A stretch of 64,000 bases of DNA, taken from the NCBI GenBank assembly GCA_951406725.2, contig OX597814.1, positions 214,706,001-214,770,000 of the forward strand, in the 5' to 3' direction. Source of the stretch: Octopus vulgaris. Lineage: Eukaryota. A program made the position numbers and the translations under genes. Position 1 is the first letter of the stretch; each line of letters starts with the position of its first letter. The notes beneath the pieces were generated by a model that had not been told where the DNA came from, ran no database searches, and saw only the letters and a list, made by a program, of their open reading frames with translations. This document shows, piece by piece, positions 1-11,253 of this stretch.

Positions 1-314
1 GCTCCCACCTCAATCTGGCACCTCCATTTATGTGATTTACACTTCATTCACCTGTTCATAATGATTTTGTTTCAAGGAATTTTCCTCAAGTATTTACGTA
101 TTTATTTATAGAAACGTTAATTGTTGTCAATTTTAAACTAGTAGAAATTGTTTTACAGACAGGTGTGGCAGTAGTGTTGCCATACCTCATGTGTGTGTGG
201 AATTCCCCTTCTATAAATAGAAGCCACGCAGAGGTATCACCAGCTGACTGATGAAGCAGAAATGAGAAACTTGAGTTAGCAACACGTTCAGCTTAGACCC
301 TCATTAAAACGATG

Positions 315-478
<164 letters not shown>

Positions 479-901
479 GGTAAAAACAGTAAGATAACAA
501 AAGAAAGAAAGAGACCTCAATATTATGTAAATAGAGGAAATTTATCTATAAAATAATATGTACAATTACTCAATAGTCAAGATAAAATTTGCATGTATAT
601 ATATATATATATATATATAGATAGATAGATAGATAGATAGAGATATACATAGGCGTACATACATACTTGCATACATATGTACATATATAAACATACACAC
701 ATATAAATATATATATATATATGTATATTTATATATGTATATATATATATATATGTATGTATATATTTATGTAGATATACACAGAGATTGATAGATACTG
801 GACAAGTTTGTAAATAAACTTATGTCCACATGTTAACAGGCAAATAATATTTACAAATTTATCCACAAATATGCTGTCCCTGTACTCTAGTTAATTAGTT
901 A

Positions 902-939
<38 letters not shown>

Positions 940-1126
940 ATGCATACATATATACTGTATACATACTTACATAAGCATAAGTGTGAAAACAAAATTTGCT
1001 TAGGGGGTGCAAAACCAGTTTTTCAGGTGGAAATTCAATGCATTTTCATTGCCCCACCCCCATAGCAAAATTTTAGGGGGTGTACTTGCAGCTCCTGCAT
1101 CCCCTGTTCTCCAGCCTATGTACATA

Positions 1127-1509
1127 GGTACGGGCATGGTTGTGTAGTTATAAAGTTTTACTATAGCCTCGGGCTTTGTGAGTGGATTTGGTAGATGGAA
1201 ACTGAAAGAAGCCTGCTGTATATATATATTATGTATATGTATATATATGTATATATGTATATATATTATGTATATGTATATATATGTATGTGTATATGTT
1301 TGCATATCTGTGTTTGTCCCCCCACCATCACTTGACAACTAATGCTGGTGTGTTTACATCTCTGTAACTTAGCAGTTCGACATAAGAGACTGATAGAATA
1401 AGTACTAGGCTTACAAAGAATAAGTCCTAGGGTCAATGTGTTTGACTAAAGGCGGTGTTCCAGCATGGCCATAGTCAGATGACTGAAATGAATAAAAGAA
1501 TAAAAGAAT
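1127..1509 (+). mobile_element. SINE family A (tRNA/CORE-type, internal microsatellite), degenerate head
   Basis: Body (gtgagtggatttggtagatggaaactgaaagaagcc) and tail (ggcggtgttccagcatggcc...gactgaaa) match the other A copies. Confidence 0.85.
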
Positions 1510-1542
1510 ATATATATATATATATATATAGATACATACATA

Positions 1543-1935
1543 CAGGGTGCGATGGGTAAATTGTCGCCATTTTATACTTTTAATGTTGGACATGCGCATT
1601 GTTTGTTTCCGATTTTGGTGAGTATACAGTATAGTAGGGTCAGTTGGGCACCGTTTGTGAGAAAAACAATACCATGTCACAATTTACTCTGCCAGAAATT
1701 TGGAAATGGCATGCTGTACTGCTTGGCATTCACACCAGAAGCTCCAATACGAAAATTTCAGAGTGTTTGGGTGTCAATGTGAGGACAATGCAATCTAAGG
1801 ACATGTACCAAGAGTGATAAAAATCAAACATCCAGTCAACATCATGGTATTTGGAGCGATCACTATGACTCCATTTATCTTTAAAGTTATTTTAATTTTT
1901 GATTAATTTAGACAACAGTTTTTCACCACACCCTG
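1543..1935 (+). mobile_element. Non-autonomous Tc1/mariner-superfamily element, internally deleted
   Basis: TA|CAGGGTG...CACCCTG|TA imperfect TIRs with TA TSD; remnant coding KHPVNIMVFG; homologous to 14361-15208. Confidence 0.85.
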
Positions 1936-1990
1936 TATATATATATATGCATATATATATATACATGCATACATACATTCATATATACAT

Positions 1991-2202
1991 TCTTTTATTC
2001 TTTTACTTGTTTCAGTCATTTGACTGCGACCACTGCCTTTAGTTGAGCAAACCGTCCCCAGGACTTATTCTTTGTAAACCTAGTACTTATTCTGTCAGTT
2101 TCTTTTGCTGAACTGCTAAGTAATGGGGACATAAACACACCAGCATCTGTTGTCAAGTGATGTTTGGGGGACAGACACAGACACACAAACATATACACAC
2201 AA

Positions 2203-2241
<39 letters not shown>

Positions 2242-2435
2242 ATATATATATATATATATGACAAGCTTCTTTTAGTTTCCATCTACCAAATCCACTCACA
2301 AGGCTTTGGTCAGCCTGAGGTTGTGTGGCATCTTGTCCAAGATGCCACACATTGGGACTGAACCCAGAACCATGTGGTTGGTAAGCAAGCTACTTACCAG
2401 ACAGACACTCCTGCCCCTATAGCCACTCCTGCACC
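1991..2435 (-). mobile_element. SINE family A
   Basis: Reverse complement of the family A consensus seen in this window, with internal (CA)n(TA)n. Confidence 0.9.
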
Positions 2436-3404
2436 ATGTATATATATGTATATACATCCACAGACACACATATACTCACATACACACTAAAAAGTTTTCT
2501 TCTTTTTTTTTTGTTGAAATCATTAAAAATATTAGGCATTGAGCCAGTGTTGTCTTTTCCTCACCACATAGGTATTTCATATAAGATTTATGATCTCATT
2601 ATAATAAATATGTTAACAAAGAATTTCATTTGCATGCAATTAATTTATATGATTGATTTACTTCAGCAAACAATTTTTGATTAATTTTTAATATATAAAA
2701 ATATATAATATATAATATTGTAATAATTCAAATTACAGCTTTGGAGAGCTAAAACAGATTGCATTATAAGATTTTCTTCCCAGGTTTTTAATTGTATAAA
2801 GAAAAGGGATAAATATTGTTACTTAAAAACTTGAAATCAAATCAGTTTTCTTATTAACTACAGACTATTACCTTTTCTGTTAATTCATAAGCTTTGGTAA
2901 ACACCAAAGAAATAACAAGAATTAACAAGTTGGCAATTGTTTGTATTATGTTACAAAGCTAAATTCAGCATTTTCCATGCGTTTAAAGGTTAGCTCATAA
3001 AAACCTGGCCTGGCAAATTAATCAGTGGAAGGAAACTACTTAATCTTTCTGAATGTATAAAAATATTGTCATGAGATTAATGTACCATTGTGCCTGAGAG
3101 TATGTTGAGGATAAGGACTTATCAGGTTTTATTGCTCCTCCAGATATCTGGACATTGTAACAAAAAAAAAAAAAAAAAAATTCTGCTTTGCAAATTTAAA
3201 TAAAGTTACTTTGTTTTAGTTTCTCAATTTTAGTTTTTTTTAAAGAATTTAGTAAGCCAAGCCTCCAGTCCAAGATAAGAAGAAAGATTTGTTTTGTTGT
3301 TGTTGTTGTTGTTGTTGTTTTTCTCAACAATGTATGCAGAGATTAAAAGGGTTATCCTGTAAATACTTGTAGTAATTTGACCATATGTATGTGTGCATAT
3401 CCTC

Positions 3405-3690
3405 CTCTTCTTCTTCTTCCCTCTCCTCCTCTTCTTCTTCTTCTCCTCCTCCTCCACCTCCACCACCACCACCACCACCACCACCGCCACCGCCTGTCCT
3501 CCTCCTCCTCCTCCTCCACCACCACCACCAACACCACCACCGCCTCTCCTCCTCCTCCTCCTCTTCTTCCTCTCACCCGCCTCCTCTCCTCCTCACCTCC
3601 TCCTCTTCATCACCTCCTCCTCTACTGCCGCCTCCGCCACCGTCACCACCACCACCACCACCACCACCACCACCACCATCACCACCATTA
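3405..3690. repeat. Compound (CTT)/(CCT)/(CCA) trinucleotide tract
   Basis: Direct reading; source of poly-P/H/S ORFs. Confidence 0.95.
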
Positions 3691-3849
3691 GCATCATCAT
3701 TTAATGTTTGTTTTCTCTGCTGGCATAGATTGGACTTTGAAATTTATGACAGGAGATGATGAGCTTCTATAGCTGGATGGTCTTGCTAATGCCAACCACT
3801 TCACAAACTATACTGAGAGCTTTTTACATGACACTTGTTGCAGTGTTAA

Positions 3850-4531
3850 GGTCATCTCTACAGATTTTTCTATAGAAATTATATCCAGTACTGATTTTGT
3901 CTTGGATATGAAATGTAGCAAAATCAGAGGTGGCTATACACTAGCATAGCCAGACTGTGTGCCGCCAGGGGTAACCCTTCCGTTTTCTGCCCCTGGACCC
4001 CACAAAAAAACAAATATTGCTTACAGCAGACCCAAAAGTGGTGCCCATTTAAAAATGCTGCCCAAGGCAGACCGTCCATACCAGCTCCCACTAGCTACAC
4101 TAGTATGATTACAATTTTTATAGAAAATCTTTAACACATGGAAAATCTTTAACAAATCTTTAACACAGAGATAACTCTAACACATGATTTAATAGCACTG
4201 CTAACACAGTAGTACATAGTATTGACTTACAAAAACATTTAATATACTTTGTAGTAATATTATGGTTGCATAATGAAATACTGTGTCCCTACAAGTCATT
4301 AATATTTATGTATCAGCTTCCAGGAATCATCATCATGTAAAACTGATATATCCAAAAATGTTACACCTCTATACTTAGTGGCTATTTAAGCAATGAGTTC
4401 GTGGATTATTAATGGATTACCCATTTTTCACCTTTGATTTCATTGTTTGTTTACATCTGACATCTCAGATACGAAACGTAACAAAAATTCGTGCTGGCTA
4501 AAATTTCGATAGAAAATCAGTAGAGATGACC
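3850..4531. mobile_element. TTAA-flanked inverted-repeat element with GG termini (Kolobok-like, tentative)
   Basis: TTAA|GGTCATCTCTACAGATTTTTCTATAGAAATT (3850-3888) is the imperfect reverse complement of AATTTCGATAGAAAATCAGTAGAGATGACC|TTAA (4495-4531). Confidence 0.5.
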
Positions 4532-4855
4532 TTAACAAGTGATATTAAAGCACTGCTAACACAGTAGTATACAGTATTGACTTATGAAAGTGTTTAATGT
4601 ATTTTATAGCATATTATAGTTGCATAATGAAATACCGTATGCCTATAAGTCATTAAATGGAAGTTGTGAGGTCACACAGTTACTTACAAGACAAAAACCT
4701 TTTGACTGAGGGTGTGTAGTATTGAGAGAGGTTGCCTTTTGCCAGGTAAAGAGGGGTTAGAGCATGACAGAAAGACAAGAACAGGTGAGTTGCTGTAGAG
4801 GAGATGCATGGTTAGCAAGTAGATCTATGGCTGCTTTAAAGAATAAACATTAAAC

Positions 4856-5050
4856 CATGATTGCTGGTGGCATGTAAAAAAGTACCCAGCACACTCTGTC
4901 AAATGGTTGGCATTAGGAAGAGCATCTAGCTGTAGAAACCATGCCACAGAAGACAATTGGAGTCTGGACAACTCCATGCTCACCAGCTCAATGGCAAACC
5001 ATCCAGCCCCTGCCAGCATGGGAAGCAGACGTTAAACGTTGATGATGATG
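4856..5050 (+). mobile_element. RTE-type LINE 3' end (family B), 5'-truncated
   Basis: tggttggcattaggaag...ccagcatggg...acgttaaac(GAT)n, same tail as the ORF-bearing copy at 32627-33453. Confidence 0.8.
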
Positions 5051-5124
5051 ATTGTGGTGTTAAGATTATATCAAAAGTAATAATTTAAGTAAAAGCAGGA
5101 ATATTCTTGGTATTAGACAAATAA

Positions 5125-5345
5125 CCCTTTCGTTACTGTATTTATTTTGAGATGCTCTGTGTTTCTTCCAATTATTTTAAATATAACAAAGAATTTAGTA
5201 AAATAACATCGTTATCATTAGGCTAGTGCTAGGAACATAAATTGTGACTAAGATTTGGTGGAAGATTTGAATTCTAAACTTATGAAAACAAGACATTTAT
5301 ACTAAAGAGACAGAGCCAGTTTTAGTCGGGTTGGTAACGAAAGGG
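5125..5345 (+). mobile_element. piggyBac-type MITE (family E, ~220 bp)
   Basis: CCCTTTCGTTAC...GTAACGAAAGGG TIRs, (A/T)TAA flanks; TIR shared with the transposase-bearing element 57613-58658. Confidence 0.85.
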
Positions 5346-5732
5346 TTAAAGATCAGAAAAGTGAGACTGTAAATGATGTTGGATATTGAAAGAATGACAA
5401 TAAAAGATGGGAAGAAACAAGAATATTTAACTGTAGCTAAAGTCATTCAGGTATTAATAGGAACAATGATATAATAACCAGCCTTTACTTTAACCGATTG
5501 CTCAAAAACATACCTAAAATATACCTACAGATACAGAAGAACTTACGAAAAAAGAAATTTTTTCCACCTTTCTGATAATGAGAATGTATAACTAAAATGT
5601 CAGCAAAGCATTTAGATAGTAAAACTGGGAAAGCAATTTTTACATGTCTGATTGGAAAAGAGAATAGAAGATAAAAGTATTTCTAAAACAGTGTATGGTT
5701 AGCCTTCTTACCTGAAGCAAGTACTCATTATA

Positions 5733-5811
5733 GGAATCCTCACAATGGCAGTAGCAGCCTTGCAAATATTCCTCTGTATTTTCAAGGCTGCTACTGCCAT
5801 TGTGAGTTTCC
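5733..5811. other. Long hairpin (perfect 24-bp inverted repeat), pre-miRNA/dsRNA-like
   Basis: CTCACAATGGCAGTAGCAGCCTTG (5739-5762) / CAAGGCTGCTACTGCCATTGTGAG (5783-5806), extended by AAATA/TATTT and GGAA/TTCC. The structure is certain; its function is not. Confidence 0.6.
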
Positions 5812-5850
5812 TCCACCTGCCGCCTTTGAAGAAGCCATGTTCTGAAAATC

Positions 5851-6393
5851 GTGCCGGTGGCACATAAAAAGCACAATCCAATCGTGGCCGTTTGCCAGCC
5901 TCGTCTGGCACCTGTGCCGGTGGCACGTAAAAAGCACCATCCGATCATGGCCGTTTGCCAGCCTCGCCTGGCCCCCGTGCCGGTGGCACATAAAAAGCAC
6001 AATCCAATCGTGGCCGTTTGCCAGCCTCGTCTGGCACCTGTGCCGGTGGCACGTAAAAAGCACCATCCGATCATGGCCGTTTGCCAGCCTCGCCTGGCCC
6101 CCGTGCCGGTGGCACATAAAAAGCACAATCCAATCGTGGCCGTTTGCCAGCCTCGTCTGGCACCTGTGCCGGTGGCACGTAAAAAGCACCATCCGATCAT
6201 GGCCGTTTGCCAGCCTCGCCTGGCCCCCGTGCCGGTGGCACATAAAAAGCACAATCCAATCGTGGCTGTTTGCCAGCCTCGTCTGGCACCTGTGCCGGTG
6301 GCACGTAAAAAGCACCCACTACACTCAGACCCCAGTTGCACCGTCCAACCAATGCTAGCATGGAAAGCGGACGTTAAATGATGATGATGATGA
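5851..6393 (+). mobile_element. RTE-type LINE 3' end with 7+ tandem 63-bp UTR units
   Basis: Units start at 5851, 5914, 5977, 6040, 6103, 6166, 6229, 6292; ends ...ggaaagcggacgttaaa(TGA)n. Confidence 0.9.
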
Positions 6394-6639
6394 TAATAAT
6401 GTACTGTTATGAATGTAAAAGACTGTGTTTGCATAAACTAAGTGGACTACCTTAATGAAAAGCAAAAATAATTAACTACCTGCAGACATAAAGAAAGTAA
6501 AATGATGAAAATTTGTTTGCAAGCCCTTACAGTAATTACTTCAAGGAGACCACTTGAAAGATTTAGGGTTATTTAAGGAAATAAAGATAACTTCTGTTAT
6601 ATGCTTGAAGGCTCTGCTGTCAGGTGTTTGTAATGTTCA

Positions 6640-6780
6640 TGAGATATTTGAAAGGTAGCGCTGATATAAAGAAAGTTTATCTAACATTAAGCTTCTCAAA
6701 AACTTGTGGCACATCACAAATGAAGAACATGAAATTTAAAAGGATTATAGTCATGTTATCAAACACTAACTTTAGCTGTA
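6640..6780 (+). pseudogene. Possible hAT transposase C-terminal (dimerisation domain) relic
   Basis: ESLSNIKLLKNLWHITNEEH resembles the ERSFSxLKLIKxxLRSTMxxER motif; heavily decayed. Confidence 0.3.
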
Positions 6781-7019
6781 TCCTTTTTGGCAGTTGTTCT
6801 TTTGAAGATTACTTTTTAATTAATTAATGATGAGAAAATCATTTATAGTAATATAACAAAGATTTCAAACAGTGCTGAAATTAAATACTAAATTATTAAA
6901 TGATTATGTCAATTAAAAAAAAAACATTGAATCCCTATAACTAAGAATGGTTTCAAAATTTAGCACAAGGCCAGCAATTTCAGAATGCGGGGTTAGCCAA
7001 TTACATCAACCTGGCTCTT

Positions 7020-7233
7020 AAGCAGTGAGCTGGCTGAATGGTTAACACAACGGGCAAAATGCTAAGAGGCATTTTGTTTGTCTTTATATTCTGAGTTCAA
7101 ATTCCACCAAAGTCGATTTTTCCTTTCGTCCTTTTGGGATTGATGAAAGAAGTACCAGTTGAGTACTAAGTTCGATCTAACCTATTTGGCCCCTCCTTGA
7201 AACTGCTGGTGTTGTTCCAAAATTTGAAACTAA
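7020..7233 (+). mobile_element. SINE family C (variant tail C2)
   Basis: gagctggctgaatggttaac...ctgagttcaaattccacc...gtaccagttgag; A/B-box-like head. Confidence 0.75.
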
Positions 7234-8635
7234 TTTTACTGGTTGTTAATTTATTGACTATAAAGTGGGGAAATGTAAAGTAAACCTGTAGGCTTGACCT
7301 AAATGAGCATTCTACTATTTTTACTGTTTTAACTGTAGGGATTGAAACACCAACTGCAAGATATTCAGTTGGGCATCACAAATGAGCCATCACAGTTTCA
7401 TGTGATTGGTTCATAATTAGACCAATCAATATGAAGCTGTGGCATGATATGGATCTTTGGATGATCTAAGATTCCACCCCTTCTCAAACTATAAAAACTG
7501 TTTGGCATCTAACTCAGCCAGACAGCCTCAGTAAACTGTTAAGACAAGACAGCCCCAGACATTCATGTAGACTGTCCTGGGGACTCACAGAATACAGACC
7601 ACTAAAACCAGGCCACCTCAGGCACTCAGACAAACCAACTTGAGCAAGAAACAACTTTGGACATTCCTACAAGATCTACCACAGCTAGCCTTCTACAAGA
7701 CACATAGCTGCTCTTTCTTCCCAGTCAGTGGTTATATTATCAGTTTCTTTCTTTTGTAAACAGCCAGTGCAGTGAATCAAGTCCCGCCATGAATATGTTA
7801 AAAGTTAAAAGTTTATGAACTTGTTTCATTTATTATACATACAGCCAGCTAGAGCATATGATGATGGTCACCAACATTGCAACATGCACCAATGCTGCAG
7901 CCTGACCATAATGGTCACCAATCTCCCTCATGACACGTTACCAATTGTTAAGAAAAGAAAATGGCTTGAAAGTTCAGTTTTAGTATATAGCAAAGAATCC
8001 ACATACTGAATTACAAAACAACTTTCAAGTTATAAATAAAGTCTAGGAGATTAAACTTTGACTTTTTTCTCAGAAATTAAAGAAACTACTAATGTCAGGA
8101 TGATTAACGAGCTTAATCTATAACAAAAACTAATGAAACGTAATTTTCAAAAGCAGAGTTTGATATTTCAAAGCTTAAAAGTTTATTTTCACTTCCAGAC
8201 ATCAATTTCAGATATTAAAGTTTCTTTTTTTTTCTCTTTCTTTCCTTTCAAAAATGAATCCATGGTGAAGGAACAGACCCCCAGAATAGAAAGTACTGTG
8301 GAAATTATCTCAAAACAAAATTTATAGATGTTAAAGTTTTTTTCCTTCTCTTGTAGTAGTATTTATAGAAGAACGAATATGAAGTAAACCCAAAACATTA
8401 AATTGTAGACTTAGCTGTGACTATTAATAGTGATAATGCAACTTAAATTACATTGGAACAGACAAACCTTTATTAACCAAGAAAGGCCAAAACATTGCAG
8501 TACTTCCTCATAGTAACAGTGATACAGACATGTGTAAAGGCATTCAGATGTGGATGATTGAGAGGAAATTAGATGTAATGGAAGCAGATACTTGTTGTGG
8601 TTGTTGAATGGGTGAAAAAAAGGGTTTAGCAAGAA

Positions 8636-8800
8636 GGCACAGGAGTGGCTGTGTGGTAAGTAGCTTGCTAACCAGCCACATGGTTCCGGGTTCAGTCCCA
8701 CTGCATGGCACCTTGGGCAAGTGTCTTCTGCTATAGCCCTGGGCCGACCAATGCCTTGTGAGTGGATTTGGTAGACGGAAACTGAAAGAAGCTTGTCGTA

Positions 8801-8849
<49 letters not shown>

Positions 8850-9047
8850 CTGTGTTTGTCCCACTAGCATTGCTTGACAACCGATGCTGGTGAGTTTATG
8901 TCCCCGTTACTTAACGGTTTGGCAAAAGAGACCGATAGAATAAGTACTGGGCTTACAAAGAATAAGTCCCGGGGTCAATTTGCTCGACTAAAGGCGGTGC
9001 TCCAGCATGGCTGTAGTCAAATGACTGAAACAAGTAAAAGAGTAAAT
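8636..9047 (+). mobile_element. SINE family A, full length
   Basis: A box TGGCTGTGTGG, B box GGTTCAGTCCC, CORE-like CCTTGGGCAAGTG, internal (TA)n(TG)n, GTAAAAGA tail. Confidence 0.92.
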
Positions 9048-9050
9048 AGG

Positions 9051-9053
<3 letters not shown>

Positions 9054-9138
<85 letters not shown>
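9054..9138. repeat. (GA)n microsatellite
   Basis: Direct reading. Confidence 0.95.
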
Positions 9139-9140
<2 letters not shown>

Positions 9141-10049
9141 CATGGAGTTCAAAGTTAATAATCCAGCAAGCAATAATATGGATGAAAGAAACAAAGATAC
9201 AAAATTGAAATATCATTCTCCTGATTAGAAAGAGATGAAAAAGACTATTATTTGGTAATTTGCTATTTCTTATCTGCTCCAATAAATAATAAAAAGAACA
9301 GTCCTTTTATTCACTACTGAAGGAATTAAGGAGTTTGCATGATAATGAATGAATAAGGATGGAATTTTTTCGAATTACTGTAGTGACATGAATGTTTTTG
9401 AAACTAAATCAATGTTTCACAACCCTTTTTGTCCCATGCCCCACTAAGAGGGATAAAAAAATTCACATGCTCCACCACGAATGGATAAAGTTAATGTATA
9501 GCATATACATATTCAAAAGATTAAAACTTTAACCTAAAACTTTATTGCAAGCTTTATTAATTTGTTACTTACAGCCTGTTTTAAAGTCCTACCCTCTCTC
9601 TCTTTCGGAGAGGCACTGAGCAGCTATACGCACACATACACACATGGCAGTAACTTCCGCCTACCGAATTCAATCACAAAGCTCCGGTCGGCTCGGGGCT
9701 ATAGTAGAAGACACCTACCCAAAGTGCCATGCAGTGGGACTGAACCCGAAACCATGTAGTTAGGAAGCAAGCTCCCTACCTACACCCTACGAAAATATTG
9801 CCACACCTAACTTGAGAAATACTGGACTAAAGCAATGATAGAAATAAATTTTAAAAATCTACGAAATTTTAAATTGGAAATATAAAATATTAAGTTCATT
9901 TATTTCAACTATTCATCTAAATTCTTCAAGGCTTAATTATTCAAAAAATGTTTATAAAAGAAATTTTTGAAGTTTTACATATATATATCATATGGTTTTA
10001 TAACACCATGCTTTATATAAATATGATGCTATAAAACACAGACTATCCT

Positions 10050-10500
10050 ATAGCTTCTGTAACTAGCTTGGCTTTCTCAGGTTAAACAGGAAGTATATTA
10101 ACTGCCAAGAGTAGTTAGCACAGAGCTGGTGTAGTTCCGACCAGTTAGCTATTTGAATAAACAACACTCAGTGGGGAGCAAGGTGTGTTCTATGACATGT
10201 TGTCTTAACTATGCTTTAATCAGGTGATGAAATGGGTGAAGGTTGAGTAAAGACTAGATTTGGAGATGAGAAACAGGTCTGAGAGTATTTGGAGAGTTAA
10301 CGTCATGGTTAATGGATACAGATATATGAGCATAGCTACAGGTGTAGACTAGCAAATAATATGTCCACATTGATAGATATGCAGGTGTGAAAGGAGTTGA
10401 AGAGCCAAAAGTTGAAGAGCCATGACATGGAGGTACTTTAGGTAATGACTTTAAATGGAGAAGATATTATCAAGGGAAAACAAAAGATAGCTGAACAATT
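10050..10500 (-). pseudogene. Ancient non-LTR retrotransposon (APE endonuclease end) relic
   Basis: Minus-strand fragments DLFLISKSSLY and ANWSEL resemble the LDLxLTS...Y and YxxANW motifs after the APE domain; many stops and frameshifts. Confidence 0.35.
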
Positions 10501-10503
10501 TCA

Positions 10504-10915
10504 GGCGTAGGAAAGGCTGTGTGGTAAGTAGCTTGCTTACGAACCACATGGTTCCGGGTTCAGTCCCACTGCATGGCACCTTGGGCAAGTGTCTTCTACT
10601 AAAGCCTCGGGCCGACCAAAGCCTTGTGAGTGGATTTGGTAGACGGAAACTGAAAGAAGCTCGTTGTATATATGTATATGTATGTGTGTGTGTGTGTGTG
10701 TATGTTTGTTTGTGTGTCTATGTTTGTCCCTCCAACATCGCTTGACAACCGATGCTGGTGTGTTTACGCTCCCGTAACTTAGTGGTTTGGCAAAAGAGAC
10801 TGATAGAATAAGTACTAGGCTTACAAAGAATAAGTCCTGAGGTCGATTTGCTTGACTAAAGGCAGTGCTCCAGCATGGCAACAGTCAAATGACTGAAACA
10901 AGTAAAGAAAAAGAA
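10504..10915 (+). mobile_element. SINE family A, full length
   Basis: Matches family A consensus. Confidence 0.9.
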
Positions 10916-11032
10916 AATTCTAAGGATTGATATTTAAATTGAGGTAGAGTCAGTAAATGAATTTAGAGGAATAACAAAGTGAGAGTTTGAACCAAAGTAA
11001 TTCTCAGAAGGTAATGGTAAAAGTACTAACTG

Positions 11033-11253
11033 ATAAGCACCAGTTTCCTGGTTTCCATGGTGTATAAATTCCCCACCTGGACGTGATGCTGGTCTGTCAC
11101 AGGATTACTCGTTTTTGCCAGCCAGGTGGACTGGGGCAATGTGAAGTGAAGAGTTTTGTTCAAGAGTACAGCACATCACCCGGTCCAGGAATCAAAACCA
11201 CAATCTTACACTTATGAGTCCAACACCCTAACCACTATGCTACATGCCTCCAC
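11033..11253 (-). mobile_element. tRNA-derived SINE, head H2 + tail T1 (diverged)
   Basis: Body like 53805-54128 (ccagtccac..gctggcaaaaa.gagt); tail like 17791-18101 (cgtccaggtgggg..tacacca..gaaacc.ggaaac). Confidence 0.7.

Noticed and set aside
5851-6316. CRISPR-like array or 21-aa repeat protein
   Set aside because: Contiguous units with no unique spacers, no cas genes, eukaryotic context; frames are open because the unit is 63 bp and stop-free.
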